Shown piece after piece: positions 62,766-64,000 of a DNA stretch of 64,000 nt. Under the pieces are notes generated by a model, which worked only from the letters and a program-made list of their open reading frames with translations, made no database searches and was not told where the DNA came from. The stretch is from Pecten maximus (lineage: Eukaryota): contig NC_047027.1 of NCBI RefSeq assembly GCF_902652985.1, positions 21,886,001 to 21,950,000 on the forward strand, read 5' to 3'. Every line of letters starts with the position of its first letter. The stretch's first letter is position 1. A program made the position numbers and the translations under genes.

Positions 62766-64000
62766 AAGGTGCTAGACCCTTGTAGGGGGGAAAGTCTTTG
62801 GGGTGTTATACAGATGTTTATATATATAACTGTAGGAGATTTTGAATAAAGACGATCAGACAATTCTTTTATCATGGTAGTATAAATTGCACTCCAATGG
62901 CAATTTATATCTTATCAAGTAGCCCTGCATCATCAGATGCTTTTTAACGTCAAGGACTCTTGTTGTGATCTCTTACGCAATTAGGATGACAGAAGCCACG
63001 GTGGCTGTGCCTGCGGATGTGGCAATGAGTGGCAATCAAATCAGTTTCATGAAGGTGACGGAATTATAGACGAAGGTGTTCTACCGACATCAGAGAGATG
63101 CAGGGTACTTAACATTTTGCCTTTAATAGTTTTCAATATTTGTGAAAATTACTTCTGTTTGATGAGATACACCGACAGGCGAAAAAAAATGTTACGTCAA
63201 TCCGCTGAGAGCTGTTGGTTGCCAAGAGGCCACGTTTTCCCATTAATAGTACACTATTAAGTAGGAACTTTTGACAAAGAAGGTTAAGACAGAGATGTTC
63301 CCCATCTCGAGAACGACCTTAAACATTTACTGGGTATATTCTATTTGACGACGGTTCTTTGTACCCCATTAATAGTACATTATAAGGCAGTTAGCATTTT
63401 TGCATGTTTTTTACTGACCTACAGCGACGGTGAAATAGTTATTCCACTCCGACCCTCATGTGTTGTGTTTTATGTGTTCCTCGGTTCCCTGTGATAATGT
63501 TTTGCCGTTTTTCTCAGTTCTATGATAATATTGGCGTTTTCCTGTAGTAAAGATGAGAGATTTCTATTTAACTGTCCAGTAACCAGAATTGTACTTGTCC
63601 AAAGAGTACACCGACCCCCAAAGGAGGGGGGAGGGGATCTCTTAACGGAACAGCTGTTGCTGGTAATATGAACCCAAGGGATAGTGCTCAATTAAAAGAA
63701 TACTTTTATAGTGCCAATTTATTACAGGTTTTGTTTGCCTTTGACATAATTTTCACAAAGAAATAATAACTGTATTTCATTGTTTTTGTTTGAATCAGAA
63801 TATACTTACATAATTAGTTTTATTGATGAACACAGCATTGAGTTATTCTTCAGCAGAGCTAACGAAGCTAACAAGGATATTTACATCCCCCAAAAATAGA
63901 GCGCTGACCCTATGAACATTTTCATTTGGATCATTTAACAGAATTCTGTATGAAAATTTGTGAAATCATAGACAGGATCTACACATTAAAATATAAAGCA

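Noticed and set aside
62985-63104. GC-richer block as candidate second coding exon
   Set aside because: Phase-1 joining at the TTAG acceptor gives an immediate TGA; the donor is weak; no recognisable domain in other frames.

Overview
This is AT-rich eukaryotic DNA, almost entirely non-coding. Its repeats (V-domain and CORE/Meta-type tRNA-SINEs with (CAAA)n tails, a Helentron-associated non-autonomous element, Tc2-like MITEs) point to a lophotrochozoan, most likely a bivalve such as a scallop; this is inference. None of the supplied ORFs looks like a real protein: the long ones are read-throughs of minisatellites. The best gene signal is missing from the ORF track. It is the 5' end of a large + strand gene: a CpG-richer promoter and first exon at ~18.4-19.3 kb, a non-coding exon at 48386-48739, and an exon at 55723-55847. 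That last exon encodes a signal-peptide-like N-terminus (MKMVGGRLWNAHFLCICSLLYICR) ending in a phase-1 intron, and the rest of the gene probably lies beyond the window. The most interesting items are: (i) a 4-LTR tandem array of a miniature LTR retroelement whose LTRs contain a tRNA-like Pol III unit (8058-8874); (ii) dense homotypic clusters of a few short motifs (CAGGTR, TGWCCA, TGACCT, RFX X-box) that also sit in the cores of young minisatellites, suggesting an array-to-motif-cluster continuum; (iii) a 9-codon uORF whose stop overlaps the main ATG. No prokaryotic system, CRISPR array, rRNA, intact tRNA or conserved miRNA was recognised. All counts and coordinates were made by eye.
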